Assembly: GCA_049510745.1 (NCBI GenBank)
Contig: JBEKYR010000003.1
Location: 96,001-160,000 of the forward strand
DNA: 64,000 nt
Source: Verrucomicrobiota bacterium
Lineage (GTDB): Bacteria; Verrucomicrobiota; Verrucomicrobiia; Limisphaerales; Palsa-1400
Direction: 5' to 3'
Part shown: one piece after another, positions 30,644 through 41,000 of the stretch
Layout: each line of letters starts with the position of its first letter
How positions within the stretch are numbered: the stretch's first letter is position 1
The notes under the pieces: generated by a model
Told to the model about the DNA's origin: nothing
Seen by the model: the letters and a program-made list of their open reading frames with translations, nothing else
Databases searched by the model: none
Made by a program: the position numbers and the translations under genes

Positions 30644-30997
30644 TCAGTCCTCGTGATACACAAACAAGCTCTCCGCCACCTGGATGAGATCGCCCTCCCG
30701 CAGGACCGCCGAATAGACTTTGACCCCGTTGAGATAAACGCCGTTCCGGCTGTCATTGTCGCGCAGGATGCAATCGGTTCCGCGCACCCGGAAAAAGGCA
30801 TGCAGTGGCGAGACGCGTTTGGAGGCCAGGCGCAGTTGGGTGTCGGCAGCGCGGCCCATGACAAGCCCCCCGGCCTCGATGGTGATCTCGCGGGGCGCGC
30901 CCTCGCCCTCCAATTGCTCCAGGGAGTGGCGATGGGTCTCCCGGCCCCGGCGCAGCACCCGGATGTTTCCCGCATTGGTCGTCTTGGACTCCGCCAT
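30644..30997 (-). CDS. Stand-alone FHA-domain protein
   Basis: MGR...VSPLHA...DNDSRNGVYLNG...LREGDLI FHA signature. Confidence 0.85.
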   Translation of the reverse strand: MAESKTTNAGNIRVLRRGRETHRHSLEQLEGEGAPREITIEAGGLVMGRAADTQLRLASKRVSPLHAFFRVRGTDCILRDNDSRNGVYLNGVKVYSAVLREGDLIQVAESLFVYHED

Positions 30998-31088
30998 GTC
31001 GGATGGTTGGTTTAAACCGCGTCCATACTGAAGGAAAGAGCGGCGTTTGCAAAGTCTTTTTCGCGGGGCGCGAATTGGCGCTGAACCG

Positions 31089-31205
31089 GTCAACAAGGTT
31101 TCACGCAATCGTTTCCAGGCTGACAACTGTTTGTCACAATGGTTGTGCTAAACTGGCCCGCAATTTAGTCGGAGATCAATCAATTTTTAGTCGGAGACCA
31201 ACCAA
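31089..31205 (+). promoter_or_regulatory. exbB upstream region: 11-bp-phased half-sites, TGACAA-N4-TTGTCA palindrome, 20-bp direct repeat (period 22)
   Basis: GTCAAC 31089, TTCACG 31100, GTCACA 31133; palindrome 31121-31136; tttagtcggagatcaatcaa 31164 vs tttagtcggagaccaaccaa 31186. Confidence 0.55.
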
Positions 31206-31222
31206 CATCATAGGCGGAATTT

Positions 31223-32122
31223 ATGCTCACCTTCCATCTCACTCCTGTCCTGGCCAGCAGCGCGTGGCAGTTCGCGATCAACAAGGCGACGCCTGAAGGC
31301 AAAATCACGATGTCGTTCCTGCTGCTTTTGTCGCTGTTCAGTTGGACGATCATCATCACCAAGGCCCGGCAACTGGCCATTGCGCGGAAATGGGCCAGGA
31401 AATTCTTCGCCGCCTACAACGCCACCCGCGATCCGATGGACATCAAACGGAGCGGCCAGGAATTTGAGGGCGCTCCCGCTTACCAGCTTTATATTCGCGG
31501 CGCCGACGAAGTGGATTACCATCTGAAGAACAATCCCGTCCGGGTGGAAGGGCGCCTCCTGATGCAGAGCGATCCGGCCGTGGGCCGCGGCAACACAGAC
31601 CATCTGGCCCGGTCGAAGACGACCAAGATCAGCGTCGCCTCCTTTGACGCGGTCAAGGTGGTGATGGAGGAGGCGTCGGCGGCGGAAGCGATGGCCCTGG
31701 AGAAGGGGATGATCGTGCTGTCCACGGCGGTGGCGGGCGGCCCGTTCATTGGCTTGCTGGGAACGGTTTGGGGCGTGATGGAAACCTTTGCCGGCATCGC
31801 CAGCGCGGGTTCCGCCAGCCTCACGGCCATGGCGCCGGGCGTCGCGGCCGCCTTGATTTGCACCGTGATCGGCCTCCTGGTCGCCATTCCGGCCATGTTC
31901 AGCTATAACTTCATGGTCACGACCATCCGCGCCATCACCCAGGAGTTGGACGGGTTCGCCAGCCGCTACGCCAACCAGATCGAACATCGTTACGTGGACA
32001 ATCGCCCGCTGTCGGAGGAAATAAGGGACTCCAACAACGCGTTGGCGGCGCGAATTGTCAGCGCCCTCAAGAGAGACACCATGCCGGAACCGGTCCTTGA
32101 GGCGTTCGCCAGCGGTCAATAG
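31223..32122 (+). CDS. exbB: MotA/TolQ/ExbB proton channel protein
   Basis: PFIGLLGTVWGVM, APGVAAALICTVIGLLVAIPA. Confidence 0.9.
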   Translation: MLTFHLTPVLASSAWQFAINKATPEGKITMSFLLLLSLFSWTIIITKARQLAIARKWARKFFAAYNATRDPMDIKRSGQEFEGAPAYQLYIRGADEVDYHLKNNPVRVEGRLLMQSDPAVGRGNTDHLARSKTTKISVASFDAVKVVMEEASAAEAMALEKGMIVLSTAVAGGPFIGLLGTVWGVMETFAGIASAGSASLTAMAPGVAAALICTVIGLLVAIPAMFSYNFMVTTIRAITQELDGFASRYANQIEHRYVDNRPLSEEIRDSNNALAARIVSALKRDTMPEPVLEAFASGQ

Positions 32123-32136
32123 CGAAGGCGACGGCG

Positions 32137-32550
32137 ATGAAAAAGTGCTCCCATTCGGCGCATCACACGCTGACTGAGCTGAACATCACTCCACTGCTGG
32201 ACCTGGCTTTTGTTTTGTTGGTGATCTTCATCATCACGACCACGCCGATTGTCAATGACCTGGACTTGAGCCTGCCCACCGCCTCCAAACACGAGAAGGA
32301 CCCGCCGCGCAAGGCCAACTACATCACCGTGCAGGCCGATGGAAAGCTGTGGCTCAACAAGGCGGCGATGGACCTTTCCGACCTGCACGAGAAACTGGTG
32401 GGATTGCGCATCGACGATCCGGACCTGAGCGTGATTGTGTGCGGCGACGGCAAAGCCAAATACCGCCAAATCCGCGCCGTCCTGGACATTTGCCAGCAAG
32501 CCAACGTCGTCAAAGTGGACCTGGCCACCGAGGCGGCGGACAAGAAGTAA
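32137..32550 (+). CDS. exbD: ExbD/TolR family protein (copy 1)
   Basis: LNITPLLDLAFVLLVIFIIT with conserved TM Asp. Confidence 0.9.
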   Translation: MKKCSHSAHHTLTELNITPLLDLAFVLLVIFIITTTPIVNDLDLSLPTASKHEKDPPRKANYITVQADGKLWLNKAAMDLSDLHEKLVGLRIDDPDLSVIVCGDGKAKYRQIRAVLDICQQANVVKVDLATEAADKK

Positions 32551-32562
32551 ACGGAGGCAGCC

Positions 32563-33243
32563 ATGGTCCCGCAAACGAAACAACGAAAACCGCGCAACTC
32601 GTCGAAGGTCAACCTGCTGATCTCCCTGGCTTTTCACGGGGTGATTATCCTGGCGCTGGTCTTTTTTGCCGCGCGCCAGGGATTGCTGGGCAAGCAGATC
32701 AAGAAGATCGCCGTCGAGATGGTCAGGGAGAAGCCGCCGCAAAAACCCAAGGAGCCGGAGAAGCCCAAGGAGGAACCGCCCAAGGTGGAGCCGCCCAAGC
32801 TGGCCGAGACACCAAAGATCGAATCGCCCAGAGAAACGGCGCCCCCTCCGGCGTCGCTGGCGATGGCCGCTCCCCCGGCGATGGCGCCGGCTCCGGTCGA
32901 TGTCAGTTCGTTCGTTTTCGAAGGGGGCAAGGCGGTGGAAACCAGTTCCGACCCCGTGCAACTTTACAAAGGTTCCCTGGAATACCTGCTGCGGTCCCGT
33001 TGGGATCGTCCGACGGATCTCGACGACCAGTCCTTCGTGGCGGAAGTGGAAGTCTCGGTCGATCACAGCGGGCAGATCGCCAACCCGGTCTGGAAGAAAG
33101 GTTCCGGTGACAAGCGCTGGGATGACTCCGTGCGCCAGGCTCTGGCCCGGACCAGGAGCGCAAGCCGGCCGCCGCCCGCCAATTTCCCGCCGCGCGTTCT
33201 GGTGCGTTTTGATGTCGTTGCGACCGAACCCATTGTGCAATAG
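32563..33243 (+). CDS. TonB/TolA-like energy transducer
   Basis: TM with SLAFH (S-x3-H), K/P/E-rich linker, C-terminal SGDKRWDDSVRQAL...PPP domain. Confidence 0.85.
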   Translation: MVPQTKQRKPRNSSKVNLLISLAFHGVIILALVFFAARQGLLGKQIKKIAVEMVREKPPQKPKEPEKPKEEPPKVEPPKLAETPKIESPRETAPPPASLAMAAPPAMAPAPVDVSSFVFEGGKAVETSSDPVQLYKGSLEYLLRSRWDRPTDLDDQSFVAEVEVSVDHSGQIANPVWKKGSGDKRWDDSVRQALARTRSASRPPPANFPPRVLVRFDVVATEPIVQ

Positions 33244-33246
33244 ACC

Positions 33247-33660
33247 ATGAAGAAAACATCCCGGCGCGGGCACAGCACGTTGAGCGAGTTGAACATCACT
33301 CCGCTGCTGGACTTGGTGTTTGTGCTGCTGGTCATCTTCATCATCACCACCCCGCAAATGGTCAACAGCCTGGAGATGGCCCTCCCGTCGGGCAAACCGC
33401 CCCCGCAGAATCCCAACGAACCAAAGCCCAGGATCAACCGCATCCTGGTCGATGACAAGGGGAAGGTGTTCCTCAACGACGAAGCCGTTCCCGACGGCGC
33501 CCTCAAGAGCAGACTGCAAAGTTTGAAGGCGTCGGACCCGGACCCCAAGATCGTGGTCAAAGGCGCCGACGAAGTGGATTACCAGAACATGATCAAGGTG
33601 CTGGACGCGCTCCAGCAATTGGACATCACCAAAGTCGGGCTGGCGACCCAGGGGGGTTAA
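33247..33660 (+). CDS. exbD: ExbD/TolR family protein (copy 2)
   Basis: LNITPLLDLVFVLLVIFIIT. Confidence 0.9.
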   Translation: MKKTSRRGHSTLSELNITPLLDLVFVLLVIFIITTPQMVNSLEMALPSGKPPPQNPNEPKPRINRILVDDKGKVFLNDEAVPDGALKSRLQSLKASDPDPKIVVKGADEVDYQNMIKVLDALQQLDITKVGLATQGG

Positions 33661-33728
33661 GAATTCGTTTTAAAAACGTAACATTTCCGACGGCAATTTG
33701 TCACAGGGCGCTGCCATCCTCGCCACCG

Positions 33729-34595
33729 ATGAAGTCGAGACACCGTCTGCTTGAGCCACATTTGGTGGTTAAGGAGCTGACCCTTCCGAAGAGCGATGAA
33801 TGGATGCCCCGCTTCCGCGGCTGGTGTTTCCTCCAGATTATCAGCGGGGTAAGCTACTGGCAGCACCCCGATGGACCGCGGGAGATTCCCGCGGGAGCGT
33901 CGCTGCTCCTGACCAAAGACGCCGAGGGGGGCTTGCGCGCCAGCCAGTTGAGCGAAGTGGCCATCAGTTATTTTTGCGTGGAGCCGGAAAAACTGACCGG
34001 CCTCTTGAGCCTGAGCGAGCAGCGCTCGCTGACCCTGGCCGCTGCTCACGACCATGCCGACATTCGGGTGCTTCCTCCGGCCCACCCGATCTCGGAACGA
34101 TTCAAAAACCTCTGCCTCAACCGCACCGGCGCCAATGTCGCGCTCCGGTTGCAATTGCTGCAACTCTTTGTCGATCTATTCGGGAGCGAAATCGAGGAGA
34201 GTCCGGCCGATGCCATTCAAGAAATGGATGGCCGGGTGCGGCTGAGGCTCTTGCTCAATCAAATGCCGGCGTCGGAATTCGTGGAATTGTCGCTTTCGGA
34301 CCTCGAACCGAGGGTGCATTGCAGCGCGCGGCATCTGAGCCGGCTCTTCCGCCAGGAGATCGGCGCGTCATTTCGGGAAAAACAAACCGAACTGCGTCTG
34401 GCCAAAGCCTGCGAGTTGCTGGCCCATTCCAACGCCAAAATGGTGGAGGTGGCGCTGGCCAGCGGCTACCAGTCGAACAGCATTTTCAGCCAGTTGTTCA
34501 AAAAACAGTTCGGCGTCAGCCCCGGAAAATGGCGCCAGCAGCACGTCCACAGGAACCGGGAACAGCGGAGGTTTTTGCCGCGGTTGTCCCTATGA
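33729..34595 (+). CDS. AraC-family transcriptional regulator
   Basis: SARHLSRLFRQEIG...RLAKACELL...VALASGYQS...FKKQFGVSPGKWR. Confidence 0.9.
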   Translation: MKSRHRLLEPHLVVKELTLPKSDEWMPRFRGWCFLQIISGVSYWQHPDGPREIPAGASLLLTKDAEGGLRASQLSEVAISYFCVEPEKLTGLLSLSEQRSLTLAAAHDHADIRVLPPAHPISERFKNLCLNRTGANVALRLQLLQLFVDLFGSEIEESPADAIQEMDGRVRLRLLLNQMPASEFVELSLSDLEPRVHCSARHLSRLFRQEIGASFREKQTELRLAKACELLAHSNAKMVEVALASGYQSNSIFSQLFKKQFGVSPGKWRQQHVHRNREQRRFLPRLSL

Positions 34596-36463
34596 TCTTG
34601 AGCCAACGGAGGAAAGCCGGGTGGTGGGTTCTCCTGGTCTGCCTGAAGTGGGGCCTGGCCGCGGCGCTGGCCGCCCCTCCCGCCGCGCCCGACGCCGCGA
34701 CCAACGCCGCGCCCCACTTTCTGGTGCAGGAATATGAAGTCACGGGCAACAGCCTGCTCCCGGAGCAAACTGTCAAAGACATACTCTCCCGGCACACCGG
34801 CACGAACGTCACTTTCGCGGACGTGGCCGGCGCCGTCAAGGAACTCCAGATGGAGTACCACAACCGCGGCTACGACACCATCAGCGTCACCATCCCCCAG
34901 CAACGACTGACCAACGGCGTCTTCAAGATTCGCGTTTTTGAAGGGCGCCTGGCCGAAATCGTGGTGACCGGCAATCGTTTCTACAGTTCCAACAACGTGG
35001 TGCGGGCCTTGCCCGGCTTGAAGACGAACGTCTTTTTGAACAGCAAATTGTTCCAGGCCGAGTTGGACCGGGCCAACGCCAATCAGGACCGGCAAATCTA
35101 TCCGGAAATCCATCCGGGGCCGGAGACGAACACGACCTCGCTGTTTCTGAGGGTCAAGGACCGCCTGCCGCTCCACGCCAAGATCGAGGCCAACAACCAA
35201 AGCTCCCCGGGCACGCCCGAAATGCGGTTGAACAGCTCTGTCGTCTATAACAATCTGTGGCAGGAAAACCATTCCATGGGCGTCCAATACTCCTTTTCGG
35301 AGGAGGATTTCAAGGACGGGAACCAATGGAATTTTTATGACCGGCCGCTGGTCGCCAATTACAGCGCCTTCTATCGCCTGCCTTTGGCGGCGCCGCAAGC
35401 GATGGCGGACACCGTCGCCAGCCATCCGGGGAGTTTTGGCTACAACGAGGCCACGAGAAAATTTGAATTGCCGCCCGCCTCGGAAGCGCCCGAATTGAAC
35501 ATCTATGCCAGCCGCTCCACCATTGACACAGGCGTGCTGACGGGAGACCGCAAGACCCTGGGCACTTTCCCCAGCGGCACCATTGAAGAGGACACCGATC
35601 ACCAGGATTTGACTTTCAATGAGGGCCTCGGTTTTCGTCTCTCCGAACCGCTGCCGGACGTGTCCGGCTTCCGGTCGCGCCTCCAGGCCGGCCTGGACTT
35701 CAAGGTCTATCGACTGGAGAGCTTTGAGACGAACAATTTCATTTTCACCCAGTATCTTTTGGACACTTCCGGCAACCCCTTCACGCGGGTGAGTGTGACC
35801 CCTTCCCCGGTCCCCGCCACGATCAAATCGCTTTCCTACCTGCCGCTGAACCTCCGCTGGGACGCGCGCCGTCAAGACGAACATGGCGCGACGGATTTCG
35901 GTTTCGGTTACAGCCCCAACGTCTGGTTTTCCCATGGCCGGACCAATGTCGAAAACGTGGCGGGCTCCGCCCAAGCCTCCGGCTACTGGCAGATTTTGAC
36001 CGCCAGCCTGGCCCGCGAGCAGACCTTCCCCCGGGATTGGAAGCTGGCCTTGCGGGCCGACGGCCAATGGGCCAGCGAGCCGTTAATCAGCAACGAACAA
36101 TTTGGCGTGGGCGGCGTCGGCGGCGTGAGAGGTTATCGGGAGGGCGAAGTGCTCGGCGACAGGGGCTGGCGGGTCACCTCCGAGTTGAAAACGCCCCCGT
36201 ACCGCATCGGGTATGTGGGGGCGGGAACCGACAGGCCGTTGCTGGTGCGCGCTTCGGTCTTCATGGATTATGCGGGGACCTATCTTGTGGACCCGAATCG
36301 CATCCCGGGCCGAACCTCGTTGTGGGGCACGGGCATTGGCGGCGCCGCCTCCCTCGGTTCCGATTGGGACGCGCGCTTGTTATTCGCCTGGCCGCTCAAA
36401 ACAGCCGGGAGTTCGGAGGCCGATCAACTGCGCGTGGCTTTTTCCCTCAGCGCGCAGTTTTGA
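34592..36463 (+). CDS. TpsB (ShlB/FhaC/HecB) two-partner secretion transporter
   Basis: ATG 34592 overlaps araC stop; POTRA motifs YEVTGNSLL and VTGNRFYS; VRGYREG loop-6 motif; terminal Phe. Confidence 0.9.
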   Translation: MILSQRRKAGWWVLLVCLKWGLAAALAAPPAAPDAATNAAPHFLVQEYEVTGNSLLPEQTVKDILSRHTGTNVTFADVAGAVKELQMEYHNRGYDTISVTIPQQRLTNGVFKIRVFEGRLAEIVVTGNRFYSSNNVVRALPGLKTNVFLNSKLFQAELDRANANQDRQIYPEIHPGPETNTTSLFLRVKDRLPLHAKIEANNQSSPGTPEMRLNSSVVYNNLWQENHSMGVQYSFSEEDFKDGNQWNFYDRPLVANYSAFYRLPLAAPQAMADTVASHPGSFGYNEATRKFELPPASEAPELNIYASRSTIDTGVLTGDRKTLGTFPSGTIEEDTDHQDLTFNEGLGFRLSEPLPDVSGFRSRLQAGLDFKVYRLESFETNNFIFTQYLLDTSGNPFTRVSVTPSPVPATIKSLSYLPLNLRWDARRQDEHGATDFGFGYSPNVWFSHGRTNVENVAGSAQASGYWQILTASLAREQTFPRDWKLALRADGQWASEPLISNEQFGVGGVGGVRGYREGEVLGDRGWRVTSELKTPPYRIGYVGAGTDRPLLVRASVFMDYAGTYLVDPNRIPGRTSLWGTGIGGAASLGSDWDARLLFAWPLKTAGSSEADQLRVAFSLSAQF

Positions 36464-36488
36464 GGCATCACCACAGGACGCGGCATTT

Positions 36489-36730
36489 TCACTGAGATTT
36501 GTCTGGCAGACTTTGAAGCAAACGTTGCGCGGGTTGGAAGTTTGGCTCAATCCTGAGCGATTGGTTTGCTGCTGCTCGCGCTTCTTCGTAATGTTTTGCG
36601 CGAAACAAAATATCGGCCTGCGCATACGGAATCCGCGGGTCTTTCGGAGCCAAAGCCGACGCGCGATCCAACGCCGCCAGGGAGTCATCGATCTGGCCGG
36701 CGCGGCCGGAGTAGGCGTATTTCCCCGGCT
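36489..36730 (-). pseudogene. Orphan TPR C-terminal fragment
   Basis: ...GQIDDSLAALDRASALAPKDPRIPYAQADIL...EEARAAANQSLRIEPNF; an in-frame stop lies just upstream and no ATG is present. Confidence 0.5.
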
Positions 36731-36953
36731 TCCTCTAAAGCTATGGGACACCACACGCACCGAAGCAGGCCAATGCCAATCCAAAAAGCAAACTCGAAAA
36801 AACCAAAATCTCATTTCACGCCGAACGCCAATGAAACCCGTGCAAATCAACGGGGCAGCGCAAAACTTTTCCCGTTATGGGACGGGTGTGATGATTTTTG
36901 TTTTCCTAGTTTTCAGGTTCGTTTTTGTTTATTATTGACTCGATGGGGTCAGG

Positions 36954-37841
<888 letters not shown>

Positions 37842-38000
37842 TTTAAAGCAATACAGAACCATAATATAACATACATACAGACGCAAGAAAAAGATGCAGG
37901 ATATTCGATTTTTCGATTTTCTTCGATCTCTGTAATCTGCGCCGTCAATCAGGCAAAGCGACGGGATGCGGCCGAAGCCGGCGTGCAAAGCGCCCCCGTC

Positions 38001-38017
38001 GTCACACGAATTTAACA
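38001..38017 (+). promoter_or_regulatory. Pho-box-like direct repeat GTCACA-N5-TTAACA
   Basis: Half-sites 38001 and 38012 in the divergent prepilin/tpsA intergenic region. Confidence 0.55.
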
Positions 38018-38075
38018 TTCAATTGCTTTTCCTGAGTTTTTGTCCCGCTAACCTGAACTTGAAATCGAATCGGAT

Positions 38076-41000
38076 ATGAAACCCAAGTCTTCAGGCGCGG
38101 CGGCATGGCTGGCCGCCGGCATGGCCCTCCTGGCGCCGCTCTTCACCGCAGCCAACCCGACGCAAGGCGTGGTCACGCAGGGGAGCGCGGTGATTACCAC
38201 CCAGGGGCCTGCCTTGAAGATTCAGACTTCCGGCAATGCCAGCATCAATTGGGCGACCTTTAACATCGGCGCCGGTCAATCGACCGTGTTCGTGCAGCCT
38301 TCCGCCTCGTCGGTGGTCTGGAATCATATCAATGACCCCAATCCGTCGCAGATTCTGGGGCATCTGGATGCCAACGGCTATGTGGTTCTGCAAAATCAAT
38401 CGGGCTTTTACGTCGGCGGCAACGCTGTCATCAATGCCGCCGGTTTGATTATGACCACCACGCCGGTCGTGCCGCCGGACATTTCCAGCGGGAGCGCGTG
38501 GCAATTCAACGCGCCGCCGCCCGCCGCCCGCATTATCAATTATGGCCAGATTAGCGCCGGGGCCTCCGGGCCGGTCTTTCTCATTGCGCACGATGTCGAA
38601 AACCACGGCTCGATCACGGCGCCGGGCGGGCAGATCGGGCTTTATGCGGGCAAAGAGGTGTTGGTGTCGAGCCGTCCGGATGGGCGCGGCTTAAGCGCCA
38701 CGGTCAGTCTGCCGGAAGGTTCGGTGAATAATTCGGGGAGTCTGATCGCGGACGCCGGCACCATCGCCCTGCACGCGCAAGTGGTCAATCAAGGCGGCCT
38801 GATTCAAGCCAACTCCGTCCGTGAGCAGAACGGCGTCATCGAAGTGGTGGCCGGCGATTCCTTGACGCTGGGCGCGTCCTCAGTGATTGACGCGAAGGGG
38901 GATTCCACGGGGATGAGTCCAGGCGGGAACGTCACCATCCAATCCGGAAATCAATTCAGCGACACCCCGACTTCCACGATCAATGTCTCCGGTGGCGTCG
39001 AGGGCGGCAATGGCGGCCAGGTTCACATTTCCGCCATCCAGATGGACGCCATCCAATCCCAAATCAACGGCCAGGCGGCCGCCGGTTGGAAGGGGGGCAA
39101 TCTCCTGATCGATCCAGTCAACATCACCTTGAGCTACACCGGCGCCAGCGCCACTTCGGGAACCGTCAACGAAGGCGATTCGCCCAACAGCCTGATATTA
39201 AACGTGAATTCCTTCAGCAGTTTTTCCCAGATTCTGCTCCAGGCTTCCCAGAATATCACGTTGAACACGACCTGGAATCTGGCGGACAGCGCCAATCCCG
39301 CCAGCCTGACATTGCAGGCGGGAAACAACATCACGCTGAACCAAAGCATTATTGCGGGCCAGAACTGGGACGTGAATCTGATTGCCGGCGCTGATTTTAA
39401 GACGCCCACCAGTGTCGTTTCGGGCACAGGCCAGGTCGTTTTGACCAAGACCGCCTACGTGCAAACGCAGAACGGCACCCTCGATGTGACGGCGGGAAAC
39501 AGCGTCTCGGTTGGCACCGGCGCCATCCGCACCGTCGGCGGCGGCAGCGTTGATGTCACGGCGGTGTCCGGAAACGTCAACACGGGACAGAACCAAAACG
39601 GCTATATTTTCAGGAATACCGGGTACACCATTTCCGGCAACTTGGGGGGTATCAGCACTTCCGCCGGGGGCGACGTCACCATCACCGCCGGGGGGAATGT
39701 GACCAGCTTTCTGCCCACGGCGACCAGCTCCAGCCCGACCGATGCCGGCTCCGGCGCCTTTGGGCCGGAGCCAGGAGTGGTGACGGTGACGGCCGGGGGC
39801 AACGTCTATGGAAATTTCGTGGCCGCCAACAGCGAACGCAATGGAACGGTTGTGGCCAGCACCATCACCGCTCAAAACGGGAACGCGGGCGCCGCCGGAA
39901 ACCTTCTGGCCCTGAACCTGATCATAGGCGGCTGGCAGGTCAACGCGCCCAACGGCAGCATTTATCTACAGGAAGTGCGCAATCCCAACGGGATGTTCAA
40001 CGGCGCGACCGGCGGGACCGGCGCGTGGAAACACTTCTTCGATTATGATCCAAACTCGTTCGTGGACCTCGACGCCGGCAACGCCGTTTTCCTGGAAGGA
40101 ACACTGCTGCCGCGCTACACCAGCGACGCCGTTCCGGTCATTTATCCGCCGACCCTGACCATCAATGCCGGGGCGGGCGGCGTGACGCTGGGCAACAATC
40201 TGACCTTGTTTCCCTCGGCTTCGGGGGAATTGAACATCACCACCACGGGCGGCGGATCACTGGAAGGAGGGAACTTTACGCTGGCGATGTCGGACAGCAG
40301 CGCCACGAGTTGGACGAGCGCGGGCAATTTCGCCACCGACCACGCCGCCCACCCGGTGCAATTGAACAACCCCCAGCCGGTCGTGTTCAACATCTCCGGC
40401 AACCTTGATGATCTGACCATTATCACGCCGAAAGAGACGCAAATCACCGTGCAGGGGAACATGAACAACACCAGTTTTTCCGGACAGAACCTTCATGCGG
40501 GCGACACGACGTTCATTAATGTGGCCGGAAAAATCTTCAACCAAAATGTTTATTCGTTCGTCACCCTCGACGCGCCCCTGACTCTGCCTCCGCCGCTCTA
40601 TCCCAGCTCCAAGCCCGATTACCTCCAGATTCTGGAAAACGCCGTCGTTCCCGGCTCCGGGCCGAATTCGACGGCCGGCGGAGCTTTGTTTCCCACCTTG
40701 AGTTTCTTCTACCTGCCGGCCACCCACCAGATCGGTTACTACGGGCAGATGGACCAGGCCACGGAACAGTTGTTATTGGGCACCCTGCACGAAAAAACGT
40801 TCTATCCCAATGGAAAACCCATTCTGGACGCCAACGGCAACTATGTCACCAAGCCGGTGACTTTTAACGTGGGCGCCTCGGAAATAACGGCGCTCTACGC
40901 GGCCAGCCAGAGTTCGGCTCCCCCGAGCAGCGCGCCTTTGGGTTACTTGATCGGCGGGCCTGGCCAGTTCGACATCACGGCGCAGTCGTTGGATCTGGGT

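Noticed and set aside
33800..34591. Apparent 887-aa TpsB with a long N-terminal extension
   Set aside because: Extension overlaps araC in another frame; signal peptide begins at ATG 34592
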